Shown: one piece after another, positions 1-9,327 of the stretch
Position numbering within the stretch: position 1 is the stretch's first letter
How the letters are laid out: each line of letters starts with the position of its first letter
Position numbers and translations under genes: made by a program
From: an uncultured Bacteroidota bacterium
GTDB taxonomy: Bacteria > Bacteroidota > Bacteroidia > UBA4408
DNA: 64,000 nt
Direction: 5' to 3'
Assembly (NCBI GenBank): GCA_903831265.1
Contig: CAIKXD010000081.1
Location: forward strand, 1,737-65,736
The notes under the pieces: model-generated
What the model was told of the DNA's origin: nothing
The model's input: only the letters and a program-made list of their open reading frames with translations
The model's database searches: none

Positions 1-437
1 AAATATTTAGTGGTTTAAACCCAGCTAATAAACCCAAAATAGCCCTTTTCGAAAACAAATATCGCTATAAAGAAATGTTGGTGGAAAAAGAAATTACCTT
101 CTACAGCAATTGTGAACACCACTTTGTTCCCATCATTGGCAAAGCGCATATCGCTTACTATTCTGATGGTAAAGTCATTGGTTTATCAAAACTAAACAGA
201 ATTGTTCAATATTATGCCAAGCGTCCCCAAGTGCAAGAAAGATTAACCATACAAATTGCCAATGAACTAAAAGAAGTTCTTCAAACGGAGGATGTAGCGG
301 TTATTATTGATGCTCATCATTTATGTGTTTCTTCACGAGGCGTGCAAGATGTAAACAGCAACACAGTTACATCTAGTTACGGTGGAAAGTTTATTGACGA
401 TAAAGTTAAAAACGAGTTCTTTAATTACCTTAAGTAA
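1..437 (+). CDS. folE: GTP cyclohydrolase I (5' end lies outside the window)
   Basis: Reading frame 3 is open from the window edge to TAA at 435-437. It contains the FolE motifs NCEHHF and HHLCVSSRGV. Confidence 0.95.
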   Translation, partial: IFSGLNPANKPKIALFENKYRYKEMLVEKEITFYSNCEHHFVPIIGKAHIAYYSDGKVIGLSKLNRIVQYYAKRPQVQERLTIQIANELKEVLQTEDVAVIIDAHHLCVSSRGVQDVNSNTVTSSYGGKFIDDKVKNEFFNYLK

Positions 438-438
438 T

Positions 439-1512
439 TTAATTTGCTGCTCTGTTAAGCAACAAATGCTCTAACCATATAGTTTCTGCATAAGCAACTG
501 AAAAATACTTGATATGCGAAGCACTTAAAAACGATGCTGATCTTAGCCATTTTGGGCTCACTTCCCCTAGTATTCCTGCAATAAAAAATGGGTAGTGAGC
601 CTTTTCTTTGTGGCTTGGTGCAGTAACAAAATATAAACTTGGTTTGAGTTTTTGAATGCAAATGGTTAATAGTAGCCGCTCTATAGTGTTAATCTTATTA
701 TTACTGCGCATTTTAACGCATTGGTTATACAACTTTTCTTGATAAGCTAATAATTGTGTTACATTTAAATCTATCATCAAACGAACAACATGATAAATAA
801 TTAAAATAACAGAAGGGTAATAAGGCGACATTGAGTAAGGCCTTTTCATATAATCATCTTCAGCTATACATTTTGAAATTATTTCTAAGCTTTGCTCATC
901 TTGCTCATTGAGCGGAAGCTGATAATAATATATAAAATATAGTGCATTGCACAAAGCACATATATCAAAAGCAGATGGCATGTTTTTTACAAAAAATGTA
1001 TTATAGGTTTTAAAATTCTCATAACCTTTAACAGGCTTATCGGGCCATTTTAAATTTCCTAATGCAAAACTTACCATTTTGCTTTTTAATAACAGTTGGT
1101 CATCATTTGTGTGTTTTTTTACAAGATGTATCATTGCACTGTCATCAATGTCATCAGGAATCATAAAAAATGTAAACCGTTTGGCAAAATACCCCCCCGG
1201 AAAATGCCTGCTCGGCTTGGTTTGCCAAAAATTATACGAAGCATGGCCGTCTTTATTCCTATACTTTTCGAAAGCTGGGTTCATTTTCTCCAAAATACTA
1301 TTTGCCAAAATCAACTCTTCTTTTGTAAATAGTTTTTTATAACGCATTAAAGTAAAACCAATACAAGCCGTAAAAAAAGCAGTATTATCTTTTCTTTTGT
1401 AAAGGCCTTTTGCCCACCTACGCTCACATGCAAACAAACCATCTGTAAAATACAAATCATTTTTGCATTGCAAACTCGCTACAACTTGTAATTGCGCTAA
1501 TACAGGATTCAT
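439..1512 (-). CDS. hypothetical protein (357 aa, no recognisable motif)
   Basis: Long uninterrupted ORF with non-repetitive composition. It is convergent with folE. Confidence 0.6.
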   Translation of the reverse strand: MNPVLAQLQVVASLQCKNDLYFTDGLFACERRWAKGLYKRKDNTAFFTACIGFTLMRYKKLFTKEELILANSILEKMNPAFEKYRNKDGHASYNFWQTKPSRHFPGGYFAKRFTFFMIPDDIDDSAMIHLVKKHTNDDQLLLKSKMVSFALGNLKWPDKPVKGYENFKTYNTFFVKNMPSAFDICALCNALYFIYYYQLPLNEQDEQSLEIISKCIAEDDYMKRPYSMSPYYPSVILIIYHVVRLMIDLNVTQLLAYQEKLYNQCVKMRSNNKINTIERLLLTICIQKLKPSLYFVTAPSHKEKAHYPFFIAGILGEVSPKWLRSASFLSASHIKYFSVAYAETIWLEHLLLNRAAN

Positions 1513-1736
1513 GATGTAAATAAAATATTTTTTTTTGAATTATATTAAAAAATATATTTCACCCAATCAGCAATGGCTTCATCATTAAGGCATTGCTCTA
1601 ATTCATCAATAATCAGTGACATTTAAGAACAAAAACCAAACGAACACGTTATTTTAGTATACCACATAGAATAGATTACTAAACTTGCAATAATAAATCT
1701 ATTTTTGCGTTTCGATAAAGTTCACTGAAGTATAAA

Positions 1737-2810
1737 ATGAAGCACACTCTTGTAATTTTACTTTCTTTAATAACCACTACTAGCCTTTTACATGCGCAAG
1801 CACCTAAATATAGTAATGAGTTTTTAGCAATTGGTGTTGGTTCTCAAGCGCTTGGTTTAGGCAAAGCTGTTTCGGCCACCACTAATGATATTACCGCAGG
1901 TTATTGGAATCCTGCTGGTTTAGTGCATATCGAAAATAATATACAAGCTGCTTTTATGCACTCTGAATACTATGCTGGAATTGCCAAATACGATTATGGT
2001 GCTGTTTCAAAAAAAATAGATAGCGCCTCTACTGTAGCATTTAGCGTAATTCGTTTTGGTGTTGATGATATACCAAACACCACAGAGCTAATTAATAGCA
2101 ATGGTCAAATTGACTATAATAGAATTACCACTTTTTCGGCTGCAGATTATGCATTTATGGGCTCCTATGCGCGTAAATTAAAATATCCAGGACTTAGCTT
2201 TGGTGCTAACGTTAAAGTAGTGCGCAGAATTATTGGTGATTTTGCTAACTCATGGGGCTTTGGTATAGATGCAGGTTTACAATATAAAAGGAAAAATTTT
2301 AGAGCAGGCATCATGCTGCGCGACATTACAGGCACTTTTAATGCATGGAGTTATTCTTTAAGCGATAGAACCAAAGAAATTTTTACCCAAACAGGCAACG
2401 AAATTCCGGTAAATAGTCTGGAAATTACCCTTCCCAAAATTATACCTGGCGTTGCTTATAAATTTGGCTTCAAAAAGTTTAGTGCCACACCCTCACTCGA
2501 TTTAGACATTACCACCGATGGTAAAAGAAATGTGTTAATCAAATCAAATGTTATTAGTATCGACCCACATTTTGGTGTAGAGTTAGATTACAATAAAGTA
2601 GTGTTTTTAAGAGCTGGAATAAACAATATTCAAGAAATAAAAGAGCAAAACAATATTGTAGTGCAAACAGCTCAACCTAATTTTGGAGTTGGCGTAAAAA
2701 TATTCAATATCACCATAGATTACGCACTAACTAATGTGGGGCAGCAGGTAGGTTTATTATCTCATGTGTTCACTATCCGCGCTAATATTGATGCTAAAAA
2801 GAAAATTTAA
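1737..2810 (+). CDS. PorV/PorQ-family outer-membrane beta-barrel protein (T9SS-associated)
   Basis: Signal peptide ending LHAQA. The N-terminal NEFLAIGVGSQALGLGKA...AGYWNPAGL signature is typical of PorV/LptO-like proteins. The rest shows an alternating beta-strand pattern. Confidence 0.7.
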   Translation: MKHTLVILLSLITTTSLLHAQAPKYSNEFLAIGVGSQALGLGKAVSATTNDITAGYWNPAGLVHIENNIQAAFMHSEYYAGIAKYDYGAVSKKIDSASTVAFSVIRFGVDDIPNTTELINSNGQIDYNRITTFSAADYAFMGSYARKLKYPGLSFGANVKVVRRIIGDFANSWGFGIDAGLQYKRKNFRAGIMLRDITGTFNAWSYSLSDRTKEIFTQTGNEIPVNSLEITLPKIIPGVAYKFGFKKFSATPSLDLDITTDGKRNVLIKSNVISIDPHFGVELDYNKVVFLRAGINNIQEIKEQNNIVVQTAQPNFGVGVKIFNITIDYALTNVGQQVGLLSHVFTIRANIDAKKKI

Positions 2811-2812
2811 AT

Positions 2813-3670
2813 TTATTGCTTAATCAACTTACAACTGTAATCAATACCATCAATAGTAAGTTTACAAAAGTAAACTCCCGCATTTAATTCAGAGGTATTA
2901 ATTTCCGCCTTAAACTTGCCTTCTGGCATATTTTCATGCAACACTTCCTTTACCATATTTCCCAACATATCGTAAACGTTTAACCTAACCTCACTATATT
3001 CTTTTTTATTAAAAACCAAATAAGCCATTTCCCGTGCAGGATTCGGATAAAGCTGTTCTATAATTTGTTTATTTTTATCACCGCTCAACAGGCCTGTATT
3101 ATCGGCACCAAGGTATAAATCATCAATAATAACTGAAGAGCTAACATTCAAGCTATTTCCAACAGGTGCAGTTATAGCAAAATAAATACTACCCTGCCCA
3201 AATAAAGATGGACCCAAAAAAGGCAATACATTTACAAATTTGTATTGATACACGTTGCTTACCGTGCTAAAAGTTTGATCACCATAAGCCAATATGTTAG
3301 CATTAGTGTCAGTTTCTATTAAGGTAAAAGAAGCATTAATGCTGTTGTTACCTTGTAAATTTCCTTTCATCCAAAAAGTAAGCACCTCGGGCATCGTGGT
3401 TAATGGAAAAATATTTAGCGCATAAGGCGCCACAGCTATGCCATTACTATCTAACGCCACATTCATACTTAAAGCAAAATCACCACCATGCGCATCGTTA
3501 GATTGTATGGCAGTTCCTGGATCATAAAAATTAGATGTTTGCCAGTAAACTGGATCACCAGCATCCCAAAGCTCAAAAGATGGATTTTGAAGTTGGCAAA
3601 AAGCGCTGTGTGTAAACGCTAAAATAAAAACCAAAAAGAAATATTTTTTCATAAACACAAATATAAGCAA
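2813..3670 (-). CDS. secreted protein with T9SS C-terminal sorting domain
   Basis: N-terminal signal peptide. The last ~80 aa (LYPNPAREMAYLVF...VYDMLGNMV...AGVYFCKLTIDG...KLIKQ) match the Por secretion-tail pattern. Confidence 0.8.
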   Translation of the reverse strand: MLIFVFMKKYFFLVFILAFTHSAFCQLQNPSFELWDAGDPVYWQTSNFYDPGTAIQSNDAHGGDFALSMNVALDSNGIAVAPYALNIFPLTTMPEVLTFWMKGNLQGNNSINASFTLIETDTNANILAYGDQTFSTVSNVYQYKFVNVLPFLGPSLFGQGSIYFAITAPVGNSLNVSSSVIIDDLYLGADNTGLLSGDKNKQIIEQLYPNPAREMAYLVFNKKEYSEVRLNVYDMLGNMVKEVLHENMPEGKFKAEINTSELNAGVYFCKLTIDGIDYSCKLIKQ

Positions 3671-3724
3671 CCCATTTGAAATTAGTTACAATTAATATAA
3701 ATTGATGTATCAATCGATTAAATT

Positions 3725-4464
3725 GGGCGCATCCCTTCCATTTTTATTCAGCAATAGCTAACATTAAACCTAGGTATAAAAAATGAAAGGGTCAGGCCAT
3801 CCGCTATATCTTTTTGTGCAGATAAATTCATTTTCTAATGCAAGTGCTACCATGCACAAAAAAGGATGTCGCTGCTGTCCTTTGCGCTCTTAAAATTTGT
3901 CTTTCATAATGAATCTTTTAGTTGCTACTTTGCCCCCCGTAAAATCCAAGCTTTGCTTCGTTTTTCTTTAATTTAGCAAGTTGTACTTGCGTGGATATGA
4001 TTTGAATATTGTTTTTGAGTATCAAACTTAACAATATGTCAGAAAGCGTAAAATCGAAGCTTTGCTTCGTTTTCTTTAATTTAGCAAGTTGTACTTGCGT
4101 GGATATGGTTTGAATGTTGTTTTTTAGTATCAAACTCAACAATATGTCAGAAAGCTTTAAAGTTTTTCGCTCTCGCTAGCGTCCCGCGAGTGAGCGCACC
4201 GAGAGGCCTCCGGCCTGTATAAAGAATAGTTTAGCAGTTATATTTAATTTAAGTTCTTTCAAATAAAGGTTTACTCTTTGTTGGTTTCACTACAAAAGCG
4301 AGATCACCAACAAAGCACTAATGCGCAAGGGACAAAAGCGGCATCCTTTTTTAGCAAAGCCTTTGTGTTGCAAAAAAAGATACAGCGGATGGCCCGGCCC
4401 TTCCATTTTTTACTATGAGATTAATTTGAATGCGTATTTTTATAAAAATGGGAGGGATGCGCCC
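3725..4464. repeat. ORF-free structured element bounded by block-wise inverted repeats (arms 3725-3887 and 4323-4464)
   Basis: Reverse-complement blocks are 3725-3745 vs 4444-4464 (20/21), 3778-3820 vs 4368-4411 (38/43) and 3858-3887 vs 4323-4352 (26/30). Each block carries a CATCC/GGATG core. The spacers between blocks are unrelated. Confidence 0.85.
3939..4155. repeat. tandem direct repeat, 109 nt + 108 nt
   Basis: Units 3939-4047 and 4048-4155 differ by 5 substitutions and 1 indel. Each unit holds three small hairpins, for example 4055-4069, 4084-4098 and 4114-4145. Confidence 0.95.
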
Positions 4465-4473
4465 TAAAGTGTA

Positions 4474-4929
4474 TTAAATGACACTTTCTAACGCCTTTAA
4501 TGCTCTATCTTCCTGCGCACGCATTTCAACTTGTTCTGCTGCCTTCTTATCTTTAAATCCACACAGATGCAGAACGCCATGTATTATCACACGGTGTAAC
4601 TCATTTACATAACTTGTTTTAAATGTTTTTGCGTTTTCTTTAACACGTTCAATGCTTATGTAAATTTCGCCAATAATGGCTTTGGATACAGCTTTAGAAG
4701 GTTCAGTATAATCAAAGGTTATAATATCTGTAAAAGTATCATGCCCTAAATATTGTTGATTCATGTTCAACAAATATTCATCAGAGCAAAAGATAAAATC
4801 TATCTGCTCAATTTTACAATGATGTGTGTGCGTCACATCAAAAATCCACTGCCTAAGTATATTTTTTTGCTTTGGTGCGAAAGCCACATCAGCCTTTAAA
4901 AAGTTAATGGCCACTAATTTATTTTCCAA
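4474..4929 (-). CDS. ybeY: rRNA maturation RNase YbeY
   Basis: 151 aa with the metal-binding motif HRVIIHGVLHLCGFKD near the C-terminus. Confidence 0.9.
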   Translation of the reverse strand: MENKLVAINFLKADVAFAPKQKNILRQWIFDVTHTHHCKIEQIDFIFCSDEYLLNMNQQYLGHDTFTDIITFDYTEPSKAVSKAIIGEIYISIERVKENAKTFKTSYVNELHRVIIHGVLHLCGFKDKKAAEQVEMRAQEDRALKALESVI

Positions 4930-4943
4930 ATCTAAAAAAGTAA

Positions 4944-5408
4944 TTATCCTACCATAATGGGTTCCATTTCAAAGTCTAACTGAACTATTTTTCCATTATC
5001 AGAAAAAGAAACATGGTCGGCCAGGTTTCTCATCAAGAAAACACCTCTTCCATTTATTTTTTCGATGTTCGCTGGATCTGTTGGATCAGGAATATTTTCA
5101 AAATCAAAACCATCACCCTCGTCTTTAACAGTAAAGTGTAAACTGTTGGCTTGTTTACTAAAAATAACTTCAATATTTTTATCTGGATTTGATTTATTAC
5201 CATGCTGAATGGCATTGTTTACTGCCTCGGTAACAGCCACCAAAATGTTGCCATAGTAATCCTCGGGTAATTGATACTGCTCGCTTACATCGTTGATTAA
5301 TTTTTCAGCTATAGCCAAATTCTCGTAGCGCGATGCAAATTTGATAGATTGGTCAGTTATCATTCTATGCGCATTTTTAGGGTTAATTAAAGTTGTTGAA
5401 ATACTCAT
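4944..5408 (-). CDS. ATP-binding protein, anti-sigma regulatory factor-like Ser kinase (HATPase fold)
   Basis: N-box EAVNNAIQHGN, G1 box DEGDGF and G2 box GRGVFLM. Confidence 0.75.
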   Translation of the reverse strand: MSISTTLINPKNAHRMITDQSIKFASRYENLAIAEKLINDVSEQYQLPEDYYGNILVAVTEAVNNAIQHGNKSNPDKNIEVIFSKQANSLHFTVKDEGDGFDFENIPDPTDPANIEKINGRGVFLMRNLADHVSFSDNGKIVQLDFEMEPIMVG

Positions 5409-8400
5409 TTACCTTATTTTTATAAAATTGATTTAATGATGGTGGAATGGTTTGTAACAACTCCGCCTCTTTTTGTTTCAGCGTGTTATACTCTAGAAAT
5501 TGATTTTGGTTACGAAAAATTTCATTTTTTGGTTCTTGAGATTCTCTTTTTTCATCTAATTCTCTTTCCCGTTCTGCCTTCTCGGCTTCCAACAACCTTG
5601 TTAAAATTTCTTGCTGCCGTCTTAAAGTTTCTTGGCTAATCATTTTATTTACCAAATCGTTTTCGGTCTTCTCCATATCTTCGGCCAGCTTACTTAAGCC
5701 GCCATTGCCTTGCTTGCCATCTTTGCCCATTTTATCGGCTGCCTTTTGCAGTTCTCTTCTTAATGCTTCTTGTTGTGCCGCTAATTTAGCCAAACCTTCA
5801 CTCATGCCGCCATCACCTGCTCCACCCGATTTACTTTCCCCTTTTTCTTTCCCCTTTTTTCCTTCTTTACCCTTTTCTTTAGCCATTTGTTCTTTCATTT
5901 TCTCCATTTGCTTGTTTATTTGCTCCTGCATGGATTTCATTTTACTCATAGAAGGCTTGCTGCCACTGCCTCCTGGCTTTTTACAACTTCCCGATCCCGG
6001 TTTCGAATTCTTGTTTTGTTGCTGCTGCTGTTGCATTTTCTGTAAAGATTCGCTCAACAATAAAGCTAAATTATTTACGGCAGTCATTACATATTGCCCT
6101 CTTGAGGCGGCTTCCTGCGTATTTCTATCTTCCATATTGCGCAAAGCCTTGGTCATATTGCTATTGATATCAGCAATTTCGCGGTTTACATAGGCCTCAA
6201 TTTTAGGTTGTCTTTTACTTAAAGCAAACAATGAATCTTCAATCATTTTGGCATCATCCTTAATTTTCTTTTGCTGCTGAATCAACTTTAAATACTGCGG
6301 ATTTGCGCGATCTACAACTTTAATTTTATTCATCAAATCTTCTTCAGCAAATGAAACAGCCAACAGATTTTCTAATATTTGTCTTAATGCTTGCTCATCT
6401 TCTCCCTCTTGTTCCTCTTCGGCTTTGGCTTGTTGCATTTTTTTACTCATTTCATCCATTTTTTCAGCTGCGCTTTTTTGCGATTTTGATGCTTTTTTAT
6501 TTTGCTTCTGCTTTAGTTGTTCGCCACTGTCCTCCATATCTTTCTTAATTTCCTCTTCTTGCTTTTGTGTATCTGGCATCTTCATTGGATCTTCTAATTC
6601 TGCATTCTTCTTCTCCATATCATCAATGTCTTTCTTAAGGTCATCAAATTTTTTATTGAGCTCTTCTTGTTCCTTTTTTAAGGCTGCATTATCTCCTTGT
6701 TTATTTTCGGTTTTTTCGGCCAATTTCTTTTGCTCCTCTGCAAGCTTATCCAAATTCTTAATGGCATCATCTAACTTTTGCTCCAATTCCATTTTTTTAA
6801 ATGCTTCAAGTGTTCTGTCTAATTCTTTTTCCATGTCTTTAGCATCTAATTTCATTTTCTCTAAGGCATCTTGTGTTTTCTCCTTATCCATTTGTTGCAA
6901 CAACTTTTCAAGTTCTTTTAACTTCTCTTTCATTTCTTCCGTCATGATGTTTTTCATGAGCTCTTCCAATTGCTTGTGCTTTTCTAATAATTGTTCATCA
7001 GGATTTTTAAACTCGTTTTGTTTTTCAAAACTTTGCTTGTTTTCTTTTTCAAGATTTTCTACTTGATTTTGAAGGTCTTTTTGCTTTTCAACTAAGTCTT
7101 TCATCTTTTTGATGTCATCAAAATTGAGTGTTTTTTTGTCAATTAACTTTTTGTTCATCTCATTCATTTCACGCTGTAAATCCTTAGCTTGTTGAATTGA
7201 CGCTGTTAATTCTTCTTTTATTTTTTGATTGTCTTTATCAGCATTTGCGGCTATCTCTTTTAGTGAGGGAGCTTTGTATGCCATTTTTTGACTAAGAGTT
7301 GATTTATAACCATTTAAGGCATCATTATCTCTTACTTCAAAATAATATTCATAAGAGTCGCCTGCTTGCATACCTATCCTGTCTAAATCCCAATGGTAAA
7401 AGAAATTATCTTGAGCAATATTTTTATTAATAGGAATCAACACTTTTATTTCTTTAGCCACTGCGTTATTTGAATCTGCATTTGTTTTTTTATAGCAAAA
7501 ATTCAAATCATAAAATCCATAATCATCTTTGATATCGCCCTTAAAATATACATGTTTTGCCGAATTACTATCCACCTTTTCCTCTACTTTAATGGCAGGG
7601 TAAACATCAGGAATAACTTCAATGGTATAATTAATTGCTTCTTTCCCCTTTAAATATTGATTAGAGGTAAGCAAACTATAATTCTGGTTTTGAACAAAAG
7701 TTTTAGACATAGTAAACTCATTGTCATTAATCTGCTTTAAGTCAAAAATACTACCATTAAAATCTGCAATTAGCTTGCTTGTGTTTTGTGTTTTGATAGT
7801 CCATGTTACTTTAGTGCCAGCAGGTATAAGTAAGTCTCCAGTATTGTTAATTTGTTCTGTCTTTTTTTGTAGGTAATATGGATAAACAAGATTAACATTA
7901 AAATTTACTAAAGTTGGCTTTGGCAAGGCTTTCAACTCAAATGGTTTACTGTAAAATCCATCTGCAAATAATCTAAAAATAATATTTTTAGGTAAGTTTT
8001 TTATTAAATAGGTAAAATGTAATTTATCACTTTTATCAAGCCTAAATTGATTGTTTTCTATTTCAATAAAAGCTACATCAGGGATTTCTGTGCCTTGCAC
8101 TTTTATTTTAAGTTCAAAATCTTGTTGTTGTATGCCAAGTAAATTCTCATTTTCAATAGTAAAAGTAAAAGGTGCTTGTTTCTCGAAGTAAGTTTCGTGT
8201 GCCACAATGCGTTTGGTACTTTCAGTTAAAATACTTGGTGATGCCACAAGCAAAGCTAAAATAATTGCTAATGGTGCTACAGCATATTTAAGGTACTTTC
8301 TATTTTGAGATAAATCGATAGCTGCAGTAAAAGGAATAAGCTTTAATTCCACAATTTTTTGATTGATTGCAGCTTCTAATAAAGCAAGTGAATTTTGATT

Positions 8401-8760
8401 ATCAACCCCATTTTCGTGCAGCTGCAATACATTAATTAACTTATCTTTTACATGTTGAAAATGTGTTCCAATAATTTGTGCAGCTTGGTGATGGCTAATT
8501 ACTACACCTAATTTATATAGTTTACTCAATGGAATTACAACCCAAATGCCAAGCACAACTGCTGTAGACATAATAAATCCATAAAACAAGGTTGTTCTAA
8601 CAGTGGTCCCAAAATTTCCAAAATACTCCAGTAAGGTAATGCTTAAAAAAGATAGCAATAAAAGCGAGAGGCTATAAATTGTGCCTCTTATGAGTAAATT
8701 CGTATAATATTTTCTAATAAACTCATCCAGTTTTTGAATGAGTAATTCGTAATTATTCAT
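5383..8760 (-). CDS. large membrane-anchored coiled-coil protein (DUF4175-like)
   Basis: 1125 aa with N-terminal transmembrane helices and a long K/E/Q-rich coiled-coil and low-complexity C-terminal half. It overlaps the downstream kinase gene by 26 nt. Confidence 0.7.
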   Translation of the reverse strand: MNNYELLIQKLDEFIRKYYTNLLIRGTIYSLSLLLLSFLSITLLEYFGNFGTTVRTTLFYGFIMSTAVVLGIWVVIPLSKLYKLGVVISHHQAAQIIGTHFQHVKDKLINVLQLHENGVDNQNSLALLEAAINQKIVELKLIPFTAAIDLSQNRKYLKYAVAPLAIILALLVASPSILTESTKRIVAHETYFEKQAPFTFTIENENLLGIQQQDFELKIKVQGTEIPDVAFIEIENNQFRLDKSDKLHFTYLIKNLPKNIIFRLFADGFYSKPFELKALPKPTLVNFNVNLVYPYYLQKKTEQINNTGDLLIPAGTKVTWTIKTQNTSKLIADFNGSIFDLKQINDNEFTMSKTFVQNQNYSLLTSNQYLKGKEAINYTIEVIPDVYPAIKVEEKVDSNSAKHVYFKGDIKDDYGFYDLNFCYKKTNADSNNAVAKEIKVLIPINKNIAQDNFFYHWDLDRIGMQAGDSYEYYFEVRDNDALNGYKSTLSQKMAYKAPSLKEIAANADKDNQKIKEELTASIQQAKDLQREMNEMNKKLIDKKTLNFDDIKKMKDLVEKQKDLQNQVENLEKENKQSFEKQNEFKNPDEQLLEKHKQLEELMKNIMTEEMKEKLKELEKLLQQMDKEKTQDALEKMKLDAKDMEKELDRTLEAFKKMELEQKLDDAIKNLDKLAEEQKKLAEKTENKQGDNAALKKEQEELNKKFDDLKKDIDDMEKKNAELEDPMKMPDTQKQEEEIKKDMEDSGEQLKQKQNKKASKSQKSAAEKMDEMSKKMQQAKAEEEQEGEDEQALRQILENLLAVSFAEEDLMNKIKVVDRANPQYLKLIQQQKKIKDDAKMIEDSLFALSKRQPKIEAYVNREIADINSNMTKALRNMEDRNTQEAASRGQYVMTAVNNLALLLSESLQKMQQQQQQNKNSKPGSGSCKKPGGSGSKPSMSKMKSMQEQINKQMEKMKEQMAKEKGKEGKKGKEKGESKSGGAGDGGMSEGLAKLAAQQEALRRELQKAADKMGKDGKQGNGGLSKLAEDMEKTENDLVNKMISQETLRRQQEILTRLLEAEKAERERELDEKRESQEPKNEIFRNQNQFLEYNTLKQKEAELLQTIPPSLNQFYKNKVNEYFNNFN

Positions 8761-9327
8761 AGCGTCTTAAGGCATTACTAAACATTTAGTACTTTAAATG
8801 TTGACTCCAAATTTAAGAAAAAATAAAACGTATTGCTGTTAAAACTATTTAAGCGCGTTAATAGTTGTGAATAAAATAACCTATTGGCTAAAATGAAGCC
8901 AGAACGCTCTTTTAATTTTAAACTACAGTTTAAAATTTACTATTTGATTATGCAATATTCCCCAAAAAAACTGCTAGAGAGCTTAGTTTAAAAGATTTTA
9001 AATTTTTAATCCGCTTACAATTCTTTTTTAGGTTAACTCCAGCAGATAATACCCGCTGCTAATCCGATAAAAACTAAAATTTGGGTTAAAGAGCGTTAGT
9101 AACAAAAACTATAATCACAAATTAGAAATCTATACACAAAGCTTTCAAAATTTAATTTTTATTGGATCCCTTCAATATTCAAATACCTAAGCCAATTGCT
9201 TAATTAACTTCTAAATTATAAACACTATACAATCTTAAATTGCTTATTTCTACCGATATACTTATTTTAATGCCCAATGGTTGAAACAAATTCTTGGTTT
9301 TTAAATATAATGTCTTAATTTTGTTCG

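Noticed and set aside
3778-3800. Resemblance of AAATGAAAGGGTCAGGCC to RNase P P4 or SRP RNA conserved segments
   Set aside because: This is only a loose similarity. The other universally conserved RNase P and SRP segments are absent, and the motif occurs twice in inverted orientation.
3918-4142. 74-aa minus-strand ORF with an internally repeated peptide sequence
   Set aside because: The peptide repeat is simply the translation of the 109-nt tandem DNA repeat. There is no start context, the composition is low-complexity, and hairpins dominate the region. I treat it as non-coding.
3939-4155. Possible CRISPR array or DGR template/variable repeat pair
   Set aside because: There are only two directly abutting units with no spacers, so this is not a CRISPR array. 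The differences between units are not adenine-specific and no reverse transcriptase gene is in the window, so it is not a DGR.
5436-7066. Several plus-strand ORFs (5436-5639, 5705-6193, 6351-6548, 6425-7066) rich in S/F/C/L
   Set aside because: They are antisense shadows of the K/E-rich coiled-coil region of the 1125-aa gene, with low-complexity translations.
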